64,000 bases of DNA. It comes from Vicinamibacterales bacterium. Lineage in GTDB: Bacteria > Acidobacteriota > Vicinamibacteria > Vicinamibacterales > UBA8438. The notes below the pieces were generated by a model that saw only the letters and a list, made by a program, of their open reading frames with translations, ran no database searches and was not told the DNA's origin. This document shows positions 63,399 to 64,000 of the stretch, one piece after another. The position numbers were made by a program, and so were the translations under genes. The DNA is taken from the NCBI GenBank assembly GCA_963663195.1, contig OY760136.1, positions 4,030,300 to 4,094,299 on the forward strand. Reading direction: 5' to 3'. The first letter of the stretch is position 1. Each line of letters begins with the position of its first letter.

Positions 63399-64000
63399 AT
63401 GAACACCAGGAACGCTGCAGGTGCGTCGGAACGACGGTTGTCGGTGGTTGCCGTGGGAGGGCTGGTACTGGCGCTGGCGGCCGGCGCACTCGCGCTCGTT
63501 GCGGCCCTTGGCTATCGCTCGGGCGCACTCGAGCTCGGCACGTCGTTCTCCCTGCTCCGCTGGGGGGCGCGGGCGGGTCTGGCGGCAATCGCGGTCGGAC
63601 TGGGCGGTCTGGTTCTGACCGTGGTCCGCGGCCGGCAGGGACCGCTGAACGACCTCGTCCCCGGCGCAGCCGCCGCCGTGCTGGCGATTGCGATCGGTGC
63701 GGTCTCCTATTCAATCCCGGCCGGGCAGCAGTCGATCGCGCGATCGGTGCCGCCAATCCACGACATCACCACCGATATGGAGAATCCACCGGCCTTCGTC
63801 GATGTCCTGCCGCTCCGGGCCGACGCCCCGAACCCGCCGGAATATGATCCTGAGATCGCACAGCAGCAGCGCGAGGGGTATCCCGACCTCAGGCCGATCA
63901 TCCTCGACGCGCCGCCCGACGCGGCATTCGACCGCGCGCTCGCGGCCGTGCATGCGCTGGGGTGGGACCTGGTAGCGGACGACGCCGGCGCCGGCCGCAT
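63399..64000 (+). CDS. DUF1499-like membrane protein (3' end outside the window)
   Basis: Absent from the ORF track because there is no stop in the window. GAGGAG lies upstream of ATG 63399. My translation gives two TM segments followed by ..SVPPIHDITTDMENPPAFVDVLPLRADAPNP.., which resembles DUF1499 from memory. Confidence 0.6.
   Translation, partial: MNTRNAAGASERRLSVVAVGGLVLALAAGALALVAALGYRSGALELGTSFSLLRWGARAGLAAIAVGLGGLVLTVVRGRQGPLNDLVPGAAAAVLAIAIGAVSYSIPAGQQSIARSVPPIHDITTDMENPPAFVDVLPLRADAPNPPEYDPEIAQQQREGYPDLRPIILDAPPDAAFDRALAAVHALGWDLVADDAGAGR

Overview
High-GC (roughly 68-70% by eye) bacterial chromosomal fragment, densely coding. I support 48 CDS (2 run off the window edges), 1 tRNA-Arg(UCU), one clear intrinsic terminator and a modular intergenic repeat / MITE-like family. 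The carboxypeptidase-regulatory-like TonB-dependent receptors and the many quinoproteins suggest an Acidobacteriota/Gemmatimonadota-like organism, but that is only a guess. Many long ORFs in the six-frame track are antisense or out-of-frame artefacts of the GC content. Nearly every product carries a Sec, Tat or lipoprotein signal, so this is an envelope/periplasm island. It holds five PQQ-type beta-propeller dehydrogenases, a monoheme cytochrome c, a heme-c protein with copper-monooxygenase-like His motifs, three TonB-dependent receptors, two DUF5916/CBM9-like outer-membrane proteins, several exported hydrolases and a PotABCD-like ABC importer. Housekeeping genes (xth, glcB, lgt, BCCT transporter, CPA2 antiporter) are interspersed. 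The main finding is an exported protein family I cannot assign to any named domain. It occurs 10 times in 64 kb, with an N-terminal TPWGDPDLQGxW..TPLERP motif, a central GxWEGDTLVVETTNF motif and a C-terminal (F/Y)E(F/Y)ACHEGNY motif. One copy lies 2 nt upstream of a PQQ dehydrogenase. One is fused to two carboxymuconolactone-decarboxylase (AhpD-like) domains. One has a 263-bp MITE-like element inserted in frame in its signal-peptide coding region. A structured GC-rich repeat module (core GGGGCTGCGCCCCAAACCCCC) occurs at 7 intergenic sites and shows compensatory changes in a long-range stem. No CRISPR array, integrase, transposase, rRNA or recognisable defence system was seen.
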